DNA from: a bacterium
GTDB lineage: Bacteria; Patescibacteriota; Minisyncoccia; Phycocordibacterales; UBA10002
DNA length: 41,745 nt
Assembly: GCA_030697445.1 (NCBI GenBank)
Contig: JAUYPY010000030.1
Coordinates: 1-41,745 of the forward strand
Direction of reading: 5' to 3'
Part shown: positions 1-7,704 of the stretch, in pieces
Layout of the letters: each line of letters starts with the position of its first letter
How positions within the stretch are numbered: the stretch's first letter is position 1
Notes under the pieces: generated by a model
Told to the model about the DNA's origin: nothing
Seen by the model: only the letters and a program-made list of their open reading frames with translations
Databases searched by the model: none
Position numbers and translations under genes: made by a program

Positions 1-1443
1 AGGACTCGCGTGTCGTACCGGCTGAAATGCCTCCTGCCTTCGCTCTTGCCCCCATTGTTGTTTCCGTTCCTGCCAATACCCTTTTCCGCGATTATCGTGT
101 GGAGGAACGTTCGGACGTCGGTCTGGAGTCGGCATAGGCGCAATAGGTGCGCTTGGAGCATGCCATACTTTTATTTTCTCTTCCACCACTGCGCGCGGAA
201 TCGCAAATTGCCGTCGCGATGCAGCAATCACTTGCGCCTTGAAACTTTCTTTCGGAGGCGCTATGGGAGGCAGAGTCGTTGCTGAAAACGGCGGCGAGGA
301 AATGCCGTCTATCATTAGTTTCAAGTAAATCTGCACAAAACCAAGATTCACTAAATCCTCCGCCAGAAATTGCGGAGCAAATTCTTTTTCCAAAAACTCC
401 GCATCGCGCGCACCGACACGGAATGTGACCATAGTGCCAATGTTACCGAACACGGCCGCGGCGACCTCCTCTTCCATTTGCTCAATGTATTGGTGCGCAA
501 TCGTGAGCGCTAGCTTGTACTTGCGCGCTTCGGAGAGAATGTCCGCAAAGCTCTTGTTCGCAAACGACTGAAACTCGTCTACATACAAATAACACGGGGC
601 GAGGTTTTTTGCTGCGAGCTCCGGCACATCGGCGCGCGACATCGCAGCAAGGTACATTTTGGTTACAATCATGCTACCCAAAAGCTTCGCATTCCCATCG
701 CCCACGAGGCCCTTGGAAAGATTGACGATAATAATTTTCCGCGCGTCCATCATTTGCCGTAAATCAAAACTGGATTTTTCCTGCCCGATGATGTTGCGTA
801 TGAGCGGGTTTGAGGTAAATTGACCGATTTTATTTTGAATAGCTGGAATTGCTTCTGCGGCAAATCGTTCCGTATATCCGGCGTATTCTTTTGTCCAGTA
901 TGTTTTAACGGATGGGTCGGTAATACGGGCGATGACTTTCTGACGATAATCCTTTTCTGCCAACATTCTGTTTACTCCAAGCAGTGTTGCTCCGGGATAT
1001 TCGAGAAGCGCCAAAATAGTGTTTTGCAACATATATTGCATTCTGTCGGAGAAACTCTCTTCGCCAAAGAGTTTTTTGAAGGCGCTCATCAGCCCGCTGA
1101 CCACGAGGTGCCTTTTTTCCGGACCGATGTCCTCCATTATGTTAAAGGAGACGGGGTGTTCCAAATCAAACGGCGCAAAGTAGAGCACGTCATTCACGCG
1201 CTCTTTCGGAATGTAATCCAAAAGCAATTCTGCCGACTTGCCGTGCGGGTCTATAAAAGCCAAACCGTTGCCGGACTGGATATCCTGAATCGCCATATTC
1301 TCAAGAAGCGTGCTTTTGCCCATGCCGGTTTTGCCGATGACATACATATGGCGCGAACGGTCTTTTTCTTTAATGCCAAACGGAATGCGCCTGCCGCGTG
1401 CGTCGGTTTGTGCGAAATAGGTAATTCGTTCGCCGGAAGACAT
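1..1443 (-). CDS. TraD/VirD4-like P-loop ATPase (T4SS coupling-protein / DUF87-type); C-terminus runs off the window
   Basis: Absent from the ORF track because it runs off the edge. My translation from the ATG at 1443 is open for 481 codons down to nt 1: MSSGERITYFAQTDARGRRIPFGIKEKDRSRHMYVIGKTGMGKSTLLENMAIQD... Walker A is GKTGMGKS. A Walker B-like motif is CYLYVDEFQSF, followed by KYKLALTIAHQY. Confidence 0.8.
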   Translation of the reverse strand, partial: MSSGERITYFAQTDARGRRIPFGIKEKDRSRHMYVIGKTGMGKSTLLENMAIQDIQSGNGLAFIDPHGKSAELLLDYIPKERVNDVLYFAPFDLEHPVSFNIMEDIGPEKRHLVVSGLMSAFKKLFGEESFSDRMQYMLQNTILALLEYPGATLLGVNRMLAEKDYRQKVIARITDPSVKTYWTKEYAGYTERFAAEAIPAIQNKIGQFTSNPLIRNIIGQEKSSFDLRQMMDARKIIIVNLSKGLVGDGNAKLLGSMIVTKMYLAAMSRADVPELAAKNLAPCYLYVDEFQSFANKSFADILSEARKYKLALTIAHQYIEQMEEEVAAAVFGNIGTMVTFRVGARDAEFLEKEFAPQFLAEDLVNLGFVQIYLKLMIDGISSPPFSATTLPPIAPPKESFKAQVIAASRRQFAIPRAVVEEKIKVWHAPSAPIAPMPTPDRRPNVPPHDNRGKGYWQERKQQWGQERRQEAFQPVRHASP

Positions 1444-1463
1444 AGTGCGCATAGTATAGCAAA

Positions 1464-1498
1464 GAAAAAAGGTCCAGCGCAGTGCACGCAGGACCTTT
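1464..1498 (-). terminator. intrinsic terminator-like hairpin after the 1507-1707 ORF
   Basis: Arms aaaggtcc (1468-1475) and ggaccttt (1491-1498). A U-run follows on the minus strand (plus-strand A-run 1464-1470). Confidence 0.5.
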
Positions 1499-1506
1499 TG
1501 GGGGCA

Positions 1507-1707
1507 TCAACGCATCGAAACGCGCATATGTTGCGGCGCGCGGCGCGCTGGCTCAGCAAATCGAGGCGGGGGCGGTGTTTTCTGTTTATGCTCCGCAAGG
1601 AGTGCGGTTTTTTCTTCCATTGCCTTTCTTTCCACTTCTCGCTGAATCTGTTTTACCTCTTCTTCAGTGATACTTCTTCCGTTTAGAGAATACCGTACTG
1701 CTGACAT
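1507..1707 (-). CDS. small hypothetical protein (66 aa), charged/coiled
   Basis: ORF-track entry, same strand as its neighbours, bracketed by two terminator-like hairpins. No family recognised. Confidence 0.35.
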   Translation of the reverse strand: MSAVRYSLNGRSITEEEVKQIQREVERKAMEEKTALLAEHKQKTPPPPRFAEPARRAPQHMRVSMR

Positions 1708-1748
1708 AATGATTTATTTTTTCACCGCTTTGACCAACCAACGAGGAA

Positions 1749-1773
1749 CAAAAAAAGACACTACACCGTGTCT
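1749..1773 (-). terminator. intrinsic terminator after the DUF4015 gene
   Basis: Arms agacac (1756-1761) and gtgtct (1768-1773). On the minus strand the hairpin is followed by TTTTTTTG. Confidence 0.6.
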
Positions 1774-1806
1774 TCATCCTCTAACGCAGAAGTGTACGCC
1801 TCCCAT

Positions 1807-2952
1807 TTATTCTGTCAACAAAGCATCCTGTGTATATCTATTTGACGGATTCCATAACATCCAACTTGTAAAGCCCGCATCATAGGTTGCTTGAATCTGC
1901 GCGCGCACCATATCCGCTGTATAGTCGGCGCCTAAGTCAAAATCCTGAAGCCACGGGCGGATTTTCTCCGGAGTTGTGGAAGCGCGGTCCCACGCGCGGT
2001 CAAGCGAATAGCGAATCACGCGATACGGCTCCGCCGCTGGATTTTGTATGCCGAGAAAACCAGTGGGGTAATGCGAAGGATAGACCATGGGGGCCACATA
2101 ATCAAAATGTTTGAGCGCTACTTCAAGCACTTGCCCGATATTCAAATCATCTTTGTTGGTTGTGGTCATGCCAAATAGGTCGGCGGAAATAACCGCGCCG
2201 GTTGGTTTAAGTTCTTGCGCAAGAAAAGAAAAGAACTCGCCAAGCACTTCGCTTTTAACGCGCCCACTACTCCACGGATACGCGATGTCGTTCATATCGC
2301 CATCAGACGGAAAACGAACATAGTCAAAATTGAGTTCGTCAAAGCCAAGTGCATATGATTCTTTCGCAAGAGCAACGGTATAATCCCACGCTTCGCGCGC
2401 GCCGACATCAATCCACGCCAAGCCCTTGCGATCGCGCCACACCACGCTGTCAGATGCCCTCAAAACCGCCCAGTCCGGTCGATACGCTGCAAGCTTAGGG
2501 TCTTGAAACACGGAAATGCGGCCGATAACATAAACACCCTTCTCGTGTAGTCGTTCAATAAACTCACGAATATCCGGAATGCGGTTTTCCGACGCATCAA
2601 CTGCCGTCAAAATTGGATTTTCAACAGAAAATGCGATTGTGCCGCTGTAGTCCTTTATATCAATTACGGCTGCATTAAGTTCGCTTGTATCCAAAAGAGA
2701 AATAAGAGCTTCACGCCGCGCCGAGTGCCCCGCCACATAACTTGTCATATACAGTGCTTTGAGCGGCTGCGGCGTTGCAATATGCGTCGCGCGCCACGGC
2801 GCAGGAAGCGCCGTGGCGGCGGTTGCCGCGGCAATGTCGTACACGACGTTGCCGCGTTTAGATAAAAATATCCATATTCCGAATACCAACGCGCCACAAA
2901 AAAGAACCGCTATAGCAAGGCCAGTTCTTCGTGCCGTCCGTAGTCGATTCAT
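1807..2952 (-). CDS. putative glycoside hydrolase, DUF4015/COG1306-like TIM barrel, with N-terminal membrane anchor
   Basis: 381-aa ORF. N-terminal TM segment GLAIAVLFCGALVFGIWIFL. Body motifs AAVIDIKDYSG, DELNFDYVRFP and the C-terminal WMLWNPSNRY are typical of this family as I recall it. Confidence 0.7.
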   Translation of the reverse strand: MNRLRTARRTGLAIAVLFCGALVFGIWIFLSKRGNVVYDIAAATAATALPAPWRATHIATPQPLKALYMTSYVAGHSARREALISLLDTSELNAAVIDIKDYSGTIAFSVENPILTAVDASENRIPDIREFIERLHEKGVYVIGRISVFQDPKLAAYRPDWAVLRASDSVVWRDRKGLAWIDVGAREAWDYTVALAKESYALGFDELNFDYVRFPSDGDMNDIAYPWSSGRVKSEVLGEFFSFLAQELKPTGAVISADLFGMTTTNKDDLNIGQVLEVALKHFDYVAPMVYPSHYPTGFLGIQNPAAEPYRVIRYSLDRAWDRASTTPEKIRPWLQDFDLGADYTADMVRAQIQATYDAGFTSWMLWNPSNRYTQDALLTE

Positions 2953-2957
2953 AATAA

Positions 2958-3128
2958 TTAAGAGAGCGTGTTATCCGATTTTATTTTCCTATATTCCCTA
3001 TACGCGGAAATAAAAAGAAAAAACGACAGCAAAAATTGCGCAATAGTTTTCCACGACAGTGGGACACCGATAAGCGGTAATACCGCAAATACCACGCTTG
3101 CTATAAATACAGTGCGTATGAATGACAT
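2958..3128 (-). CDS. small two-TM membrane protein (56 aa), not in the ORF track (<60 aa)
   Basis: My translation: MSFIRTVFIASVVFAVLPLIGVPLSWKTIAQFLLSFFLFISAYREYRKIKSDNTLS*. A TATACT box ends 9 nt upstream of the ATG. The stop lies 5 nt before the start of the next gene. Confidence 0.4.
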   Translation of the reverse strand: MSFIRTVFIASVVFAVLPLIGVPLSWKTIAQFLLSFFLFISAYREYRKIKSDNTLS

Positions 3129-3195
3129 AGTATTGGGAGTATAACATAATATTTTTTTATGATATACTTCATCCTAGATTTTGAGAAAGGAAAAA

Positions 3196-3651
3196 ATGCA
3201 TGCATATCGTTGGGACAGGAAATATCTCAAAGACAAGCTAACAGAATTTGATGGCGGGCAGTTCTTAATGGACACAAAAGAAGGACTTATATTCAGGGGC
3301 GAGATAAAAGAATGCGTCATTCCGAACGACAAAGCGAGAAGGGTTTTGGTTTCTTTCAGTTGGCTTTGCGAACGCCGATTGTTCCTTGATGAGTTGTGGA
3401 AACCGAAGCCGCGATGGGTGCTTATCGAACCGCCGCATGGATCTTCGTTTCTTGATGTGGAATTTTCCTCCTATTACACGCAACAAGACGAAGATAGGGT
3501 AAAAATGTGGGGAACATTCGGCGAGGTATGTCGTTTTTTCAGAAAAGAGGACCATACGAATCTGATACGGGACGAAGACCGCATCGTGTCGTATTGGGAG
3601 TTGCATAAGTTAAACTTCTTCCGCGCAATTATTATTGCGTTTAAAAAGTAA
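3196..3651 (+). CDS. hypothetical protein
   Basis: The track ORF 3181-3651 starts at TTG. The ATG at 3196 (MHAYRWDRKYL...) is preceded by GAAAGGAAAAA. No family recognised. Confidence 0.5.
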   Translation: MHAYRWDRKYLKDKLTEFDGGQFLMDTKEGLIFRGEIKECVIPNDKARRVLVSFSWLCERRLFLDELWKPKPRWVLIEPPHGSSFLDVEFSSYYTQQDEDRVKMWGTFGEVCRFFRKEDHTNLIRDEDRIVSYWELHKLNFFRAIIIAFKK

Positions 3652-3680
3652 ATCCGCCCCGAGCTTGTCGAGGGGCGGAT
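3652..3680. terminator. bidirectional terminator hairpin between convergent genes
   Basis: Arms atccgcccc (3652-3660) and ggggcggat (3672-3680). A/T-rich flanks on both sides. Confidence 0.65.
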
Positions 3681-4358
3681 TTAATTTTGCACTATCACCA
3701 CAAACTCCCCTCTTACTTTTTCTTCGTTTGTCTTGAAAAACTCCAAAAGCTCCGACGCCGAACCGCTTTTTATTTCTTCATGAATTTTTGTAAGTTCGCG
3801 GCAAATTGTAATGCGCTTTTCCGGTGCATGTTTTTGTAATGACTCCAGCGTCTTCAAAATCCGATGCGGGGATTCGTAAAAAATCATCGTGCGCTCCGAG
3901 GTGGCAATTTCTTTGAATAATGTCTCCCTCCCCTTCTTGTGCGGCAAGAATCCCAAGAATACAAAATCATGTACTGGTACGCCTGCTATTGAAAGCGCGG
4001 CCGTAAGCGCAGAGGCCCCCGGTACTGATTCTATCTTCACTTCTGGCAGGGCTTCGCGCACTTTCTGCACGAGCATCGAACCGGGGTCGGAAATCCCTGG
4101 CGTACCCGCATCCGACACCAGCGCGACATTCTTTCCATCTTGCAATAGCGCGCACACTCGTTCCGCGCTCACTCCGCTTTTTTGCTCGTTGTACGCAAAC
4201 AACTGCTTTCCAACTACCTCGTATTTTTCAAGCAGACGCTTCGTCATGCGCGTATCCTCGCACAAAATTACATCAACCTCTTTCAATACACGCAATGCTC
4301 GCAGGGTGATATCTTCAAGGTTTCCTATCGGCGTTCCAACCACAAATAATGTACTCAT
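3681..4358 (-). CDS. rsmI: 16S rRNA (cytidine1402-2'-O)-methyltransferase
   Basis: The N-terminus MSTLFVVGTPIGNLEDITLRALRVLKEVDVILCEDTR is the canonical RsmI start. I use the internal ATG at 4358, which forms an ATGA overlap with the nagZ stop. Confidence 0.85.
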   Translation of the reverse strand: MSTLFVVGTPIGNLEDITLRALRVLKEVDVILCEDTRMTKRLLEKYEVVGKQLFAYNEQKSGVSAERVCALLQDGKNVALVSDAGTPGISDPGSMLVQKVREALPEVKIESVPGASALTAALSIAGVPVHDFVFLGFLPHKKGRETLFKEIATSERTMIFYESPHRILKTLESLQKHAPEKRITICRELTKIHEEIKSGSASELLEFFKTNEEKVRGEFVVIVQN

Positions 4359-5479
4359 AAATTTGATTTCAAGCGCCATACACGAAGTACAGATTGATTT
4401 AAACGCTCCTCCGAAATGCGACCAGAAATAACTGCCCATTCAACGGCTTTAATAATCGGCTCATGCAGTTTAGTGGTATAAGTACTAATAATCATATCGG
4501 CACCCGCTTCAATGGCCTGCACAGCGGCTTCTTCAGTTGATATGTTATTTATTCCTTTTGTAGAGGCCATTTCAATGTCGTCGGTGATAATCACCCCATT
4601 ATATCCCCACTCGTTACGGAGTATGCCTGTGAGAAATGTTCGCGAACGTGTTGCCGGAACATCATCAATACTTCCATAAACAATATGTGCAGTCATCAAA
4701 GGCACTTCTGGTAATCTTTCAAGAGCGAAATGAAACGGCTCCAAGCTTTTTGAAATAGAAATTACTGTTTCGTAGGCATTTTTTTGATGCGGATCAACCC
4801 TAATCGCTCCGTACCCAGGAAAATGCTTAAAGACAGGAATCACGCCTGCCGCTTGATATCCGCGTGCCATAGCGACACCAAAATCCGCGGTAATGTTTGT
4901 GGTGGTCGCAAAAGTCCGGTCATATAAATAAGCCAGTTTATCCGGTACATAATCAAGTACAGGCGCAAAGTTCATATTAATACCTAGATTCTTAAGTTCC
5001 GTTCCTCTTTTTTGCGCCACACGAAATGCTTCTTGTTTATTTTTAATATCTTTCTCTGCGGTTAGTTCAGACAAAAAAGGGAAACGAACAACGGTACCCC
5101 CCTCTTGATCGACTGCAATAAAGAGAGACGGCACTCCGGCTTCAGACGCAAGTTTTTGCAATGACGCAGAAAGATTTCTGCTCTGTTCTGCGTTTTCTAT
5201 ATTATGTCTTAAAAGATTTACTCCGCCAATACCATACCTTGTTATCAATTGCTTGATATGTTCATCGGGGACTTTTGTCGCAAAACCAAAAATCATAAGT
5301 TGCCCAATTCGTCTTTCCAAAGAAAGATTTCTGATTTTCTCAAGCAGGACTTTTTCCTTGTCAATCGTCGGAGAAGCATCGATGTCGTCTTTTTGAAATG
5401 GAACTACATATCCATGAAATAAAAAAATGGGTGAAAGAACGATACCGAGCACCAAAAGTATTTTCAGATTTGTATTCAT
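4355..5479 (-). CDS. nagZ: GH3 beta-N-acetylhexosaminidase with N-terminal signal anchor
   Basis: 374 aa. GH3 N-domain motifs VDQEGGTVVRF, KHFPGYG and ITDDIEMAS. N-terminal TM segment LKILLVLGIVLSPIFLF. Confidence 0.8.
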   Translation of the reverse strand: MNTNLKILLVLGIVLSPIFLFHGYVVPFQKDDIDASPTIDKEKVLLEKIRNLSLERRIGQLMIFGFATKVPDEHIKQLITRYGIGGVNLLRHNIENAEQSRNLSASLQKLASEAGVPSLFIAVDQEGGTVVRFPFLSELTAEKDIKNKQEAFRVAQKRGTELKNLGINMNFAPVLDYVPDKLAYLYDRTFATTTNITADFGVAMARGYQAAGVIPVFKHFPGYGAIRVDPHQKNAYETVISISKSLEPFHFALERLPEVPLMTAHIVYGSIDDVPATRSRTFLTGILRNEWGYNGVIITDDIEMASTKGINNISTEEAAVQAIEAGADMIISTYTTKLHEPIIKAVEWAVISGRISEERLNQSVLRVWRLKSNL

Positions 5480-5490
5480 ACATATTCACT

Positions 5491-5518
5491 ATTCTGATAT
5501 TCTCAAGAACATCAGAAT
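5491..5518. promoter_or_regulatory. 28-nt palindromic operator-like site, copy 1 (12 nt upstream of nagZ ATG)
   Basis: attctgatattctcaagaacatcagaat. The outer arms ATTCTGAT and ATCAGAAT are reverse complements. Confidence 0.55.
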
Positions 5519-5535
5519 GGGTGGTGTGCCAATGC

Positions 5536-5823
5536 TTATTCTAATGTTCTCAAGAACTTCAGAACATACTCAGCGCGGTCGGTAAGTTTGTGTCGAATAG
5601 AAACACTGTCGGACTTTTTAAGCACCAAACCAGCAATCGCAAGACGGCGCAGGTGGTCGGCGGCAGTCTTATAGTTGATATCAAGCAGTTCAGTGATTTC
5701 ATCTACAGACATTTCCGGTGTATTCTTCAGAATCTCCATAATCTGAATGCGCCGATGATTTGAAAATCCGCGCACCAATCGCTCAAGCGTGCGATAATTC
5801 TTTGCCTCTTTATTTTTATTCAT
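5536..5823 (-). CDS. ArsR/SmtB-family winged-helix transcriptional regulator
   Basis: 95 aa. FSNHRRIQIMEILKNTPEMSVDEITELLDINYKTAADHLRRLAIAGLV matches the ArsR HTH pattern. Confidence 0.8.
   Translation of the reverse strand: MNKNKEAKNYRTLERLVRGFSNHRRIQIMEILKNTPEMSVDEITELLDINYKTAADHLRRLAIAGLVLKKSDSVSIRHKLTDRAEYVLKFLRTLE
5538..5565. promoter_or_regulatory. 28-nt palindromic operator-like site, copy 2 (overlaps the last codons of the ArsR gene)
   Basis: attctaatgttctcaagaacttcagaac. It lies 19 nt from copy 1, giving a tandem pair upstream of nagZ. Confidence 0.5.
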
Positions 5824-5841
5824 AGTGCATCTAGTAGTTAT

Positions 5842-5869
5842 GTTCTAATGTTCTCAAGAATATCAGAAT
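5842..5869. promoter_or_regulatory. 28-nt palindromic operator-like site, copy 3 (19 nt upstream of ArsR ATG)
   Basis: gttctaatgttctcaagaatatcagaat. Confidence 0.55.
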
Positions 5870-5898
5870 ACAAACTACAGTGCAACACGCAACACAAA

Positions 5899-6351
5899 TT
5901 ACTGTATACCAGCCATTTGCAATAACAAAGATACGGCGGGCCTATGCGGATTTGGAAGCGTGGACGGAACATACCATCCTGCTTCTGCGATTTCTATTCC
6001 GTCAACATGAAAAATGGGATTTTGCACTGTCGCACGGAAACAAACCACAGTATCGCGCTTGTGTTCTTTTCGGCTTTCATATTCTCCAATCTTTTTTATA
6101 CCGTCGAGTACAATACCAACCTCTTCTTTTATCTCCCTACGCGCCGCCTCTTCATAAGATTCGCCGCGATGAACACCACCGCCGGGAATCGTCCACTCCA
6201 GATGCGCGTATCCCAAACGAACCAAAAGTATTTTCCTCTCCCACACAACAAGCACTTTTACCCCACGCGTACGCGGTTTAAAAATAAACCAGTAAAGCCG
6301 TCGAAATGGATTTATGGTATTCCAGAACATGTTTATAAAGAATCTCTTCAT
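5899..6351 (-). CDS. NUDIX hydrolase
   Basis: Nudix box GGGVHRGESYEEAARREIKEEVGI. I use the ATG at 6351 (MKRFFINMFW...) because the first 18 track codons are encoded by the palindromic repeat. Confidence 0.8.
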   Translation of the reverse strand: MKRFFINMFWNTINPFRRLYWFIFKPRTRGVKVLVVWERKILLVRLGYAHLEWTIPGGGVHRGESYEEAARREIKEEVGIVLDGIKKIGEYESRKEHKRDTVVCFRATVQNPIFHVDGIEIAEAGWYVPSTLPNPHRPAVSLLLQMAGIQ

Positions 6352-6370
6352 ATTTTTGCGATATTTATTT

Positions 6371-6398
6371 ATTCTAATGTTCTTGAGAACATTAGAAT
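6371..6398. promoter_or_regulatory. 28-nt palindromic operator-like site, copy 4 (20 nt upstream of NUDIX ATG)
   Basis: attctaatgttcttgagaacattagaat. Perfect 13-nt arms (ATTCTAATGTTCT and AGAACATTAGAAT) around a 2-nt centre. Confidence 0.6.
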
Positions 6399-6414
6399 AG
6401 ACCAAATCCTGCGA

Positions 6415-7704
6415 TTACTTACTAACTAATATATCTGCGACTTTGTTGGTCTCACCCGCGCCAAGTGTAAGAACGAGGTCTCCTGTGCAGGAGAGTTTTT
6501 GCGCACATACAGCGGCTTCGGCAAATGTTTTTACGAAATATGCGGACCGATTGTTTTTCTTGATTTCCGTCACTACCATTTCTGAACTGATGTTGCCCGG
6601 GTCTTGCTCACGCGCAGGATAAATCGGAAGGAGTATGACGGCGTCGGCGTGCGAGAAGCATTTCCCGAATTCAGAAAGGTGCTGTTTGGTGCGAGAATAC
6701 AGGTGCGGCTGGAATACGACGACAATCTTTTCCGTAGGAAATAGTTCGCGCGCGCCTTGTAGTGTTGCAGAAATCTCGGTCGGATGATGACCGTAATCGT
6801 CGTACACCAGCGCGCCATTTTTTGCCTTACCGCGATATTCAAACCGCCGCCATGTACCGGAAAATTCGGAAAGGGATTTAAATGCGGTCTTTTCTGGAAT
6901 CTTTAAAGCGCGAGCGACAGCGAGCGCGGCTTTTGCATTCTCAAGATTGTGTTTGCCGGGAACCTTTAATGTAAAATCTGTTGGAAATATCGGACATCCG
7001 ATGTTGGGGGCTTCAAACATCGGATGTCCGACAATAAAGCCGTCTTTCGGTACTTTCGCCGCAAGCTCAGCGAAAGCACTCTTAATGTCGTCCAGGTCTT
7101 TGTAATAATCCAGATGGTCGGCATCAATGTTGGTTATCACAAGAATCTTCGGCGACAAATTCAGAAACGAACGGCGATACTCGCATGCTTCTACTACTAA
7201 GTATTTACTTTTTCCGGCAATAAAATTAGTTTTAGTGTCATTTAAAAAACTCCCGACAATCACCGTCGGGTCCAGTCCTGCATCAATCATTATCTTTGCA
7301 ATCATCGCAGTCGTGGTTGTCTTGCCGTGCGTACCGGAAATCGCAATCGTGTATTTTTCTTTAGAAATAATCCCGAGCACTTCGGGGTATGAGAGCATCG
7401 GAATCCCGCGCTTTTTCGCTTCCGCAAACTCAGGATTATCGGGAGTTACGGCAATGGTATAAATTACCAAGTCGCAATCCGCTGGAACATTCTCGGCGCG
7501 CTGGCCAATTGAAACCTTCGCGCCGAGCTTCCGCAACTCTTCCGTTACTTCGCTCTCCGCCACATCCGACCCGCTTACACTTATTCCAACACCCTCTCGA
7601 CTACGCTCGGGGTAAAGAAACATCCGCGCGACGGCGGAGGTGCCGATCCCGCCGATGCCGATGAAGTGAACAGTTTTAATTTTTGAGAAATCTATTTTAA
7701 ACAT
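6415..7704 (-). CDS. murC: UDP-N-acetylmuramate--L-alanine ligase
   Basis: 429 aa. VHFIGIGGIGTSAVA, ISGTHGKTTTT and DDYGHHP motifs. Confidence 0.9.
   Translation of the reverse strand: MFKIDFSKIKTVHFIGIGGIGTSAVARMFLYPERSREGVGISVSGSDVAESEVTEELRKLGAKVSIGQRAENVPADCDLVIYTIAVTPDNPEFAEAKKRGIPMLSYPEVLGIISKEKYTIAISGTHGKTTTTAMIAKIMIDAGLDPTVIVGSFLNDTKTNFIAGKSKYLVVEACEYRRSFLNLSPKILVITNIDADHLDYYKDLDDIKSAFAELAAKVPKDGFIVGHPMFEAPNIGCPIFPTDFTLKVPGKHNLENAKAALAVARALKIPEKTAFKSLSEFSGTWRRFEYRGKAKNGALVYDDYGHHPTEISATLQGARELFPTEKIVVVFQPHLYSRTKQHLSEFGKCFSHADAVILLPIYPAREQDPGNISSEMVVTEIKKNNRSAYFVKTFAEAAVCAQKLSCTGDLVLTLGAGETNKVADILVSK

Noticed and set aside
820-1686. 288-aa plus-strand ORF (and 1251-1598 minus, 1482-1670 plus)
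   Set aside because: It lies antisense to, or out of frame with, the ATPase gene, which has clear Walker motifs. Its sequence is low-complexity and Cys/Phe-rich with no motifs. It is a shadow ORF.
4355-4358. Alternative genetic code (UGA recoded, as in some CPR lineages)
   Set aside because: TGA is used as a stop here in an ATGA overlap between nagZ and rsmI. All conserved genes are intact under the standard code.
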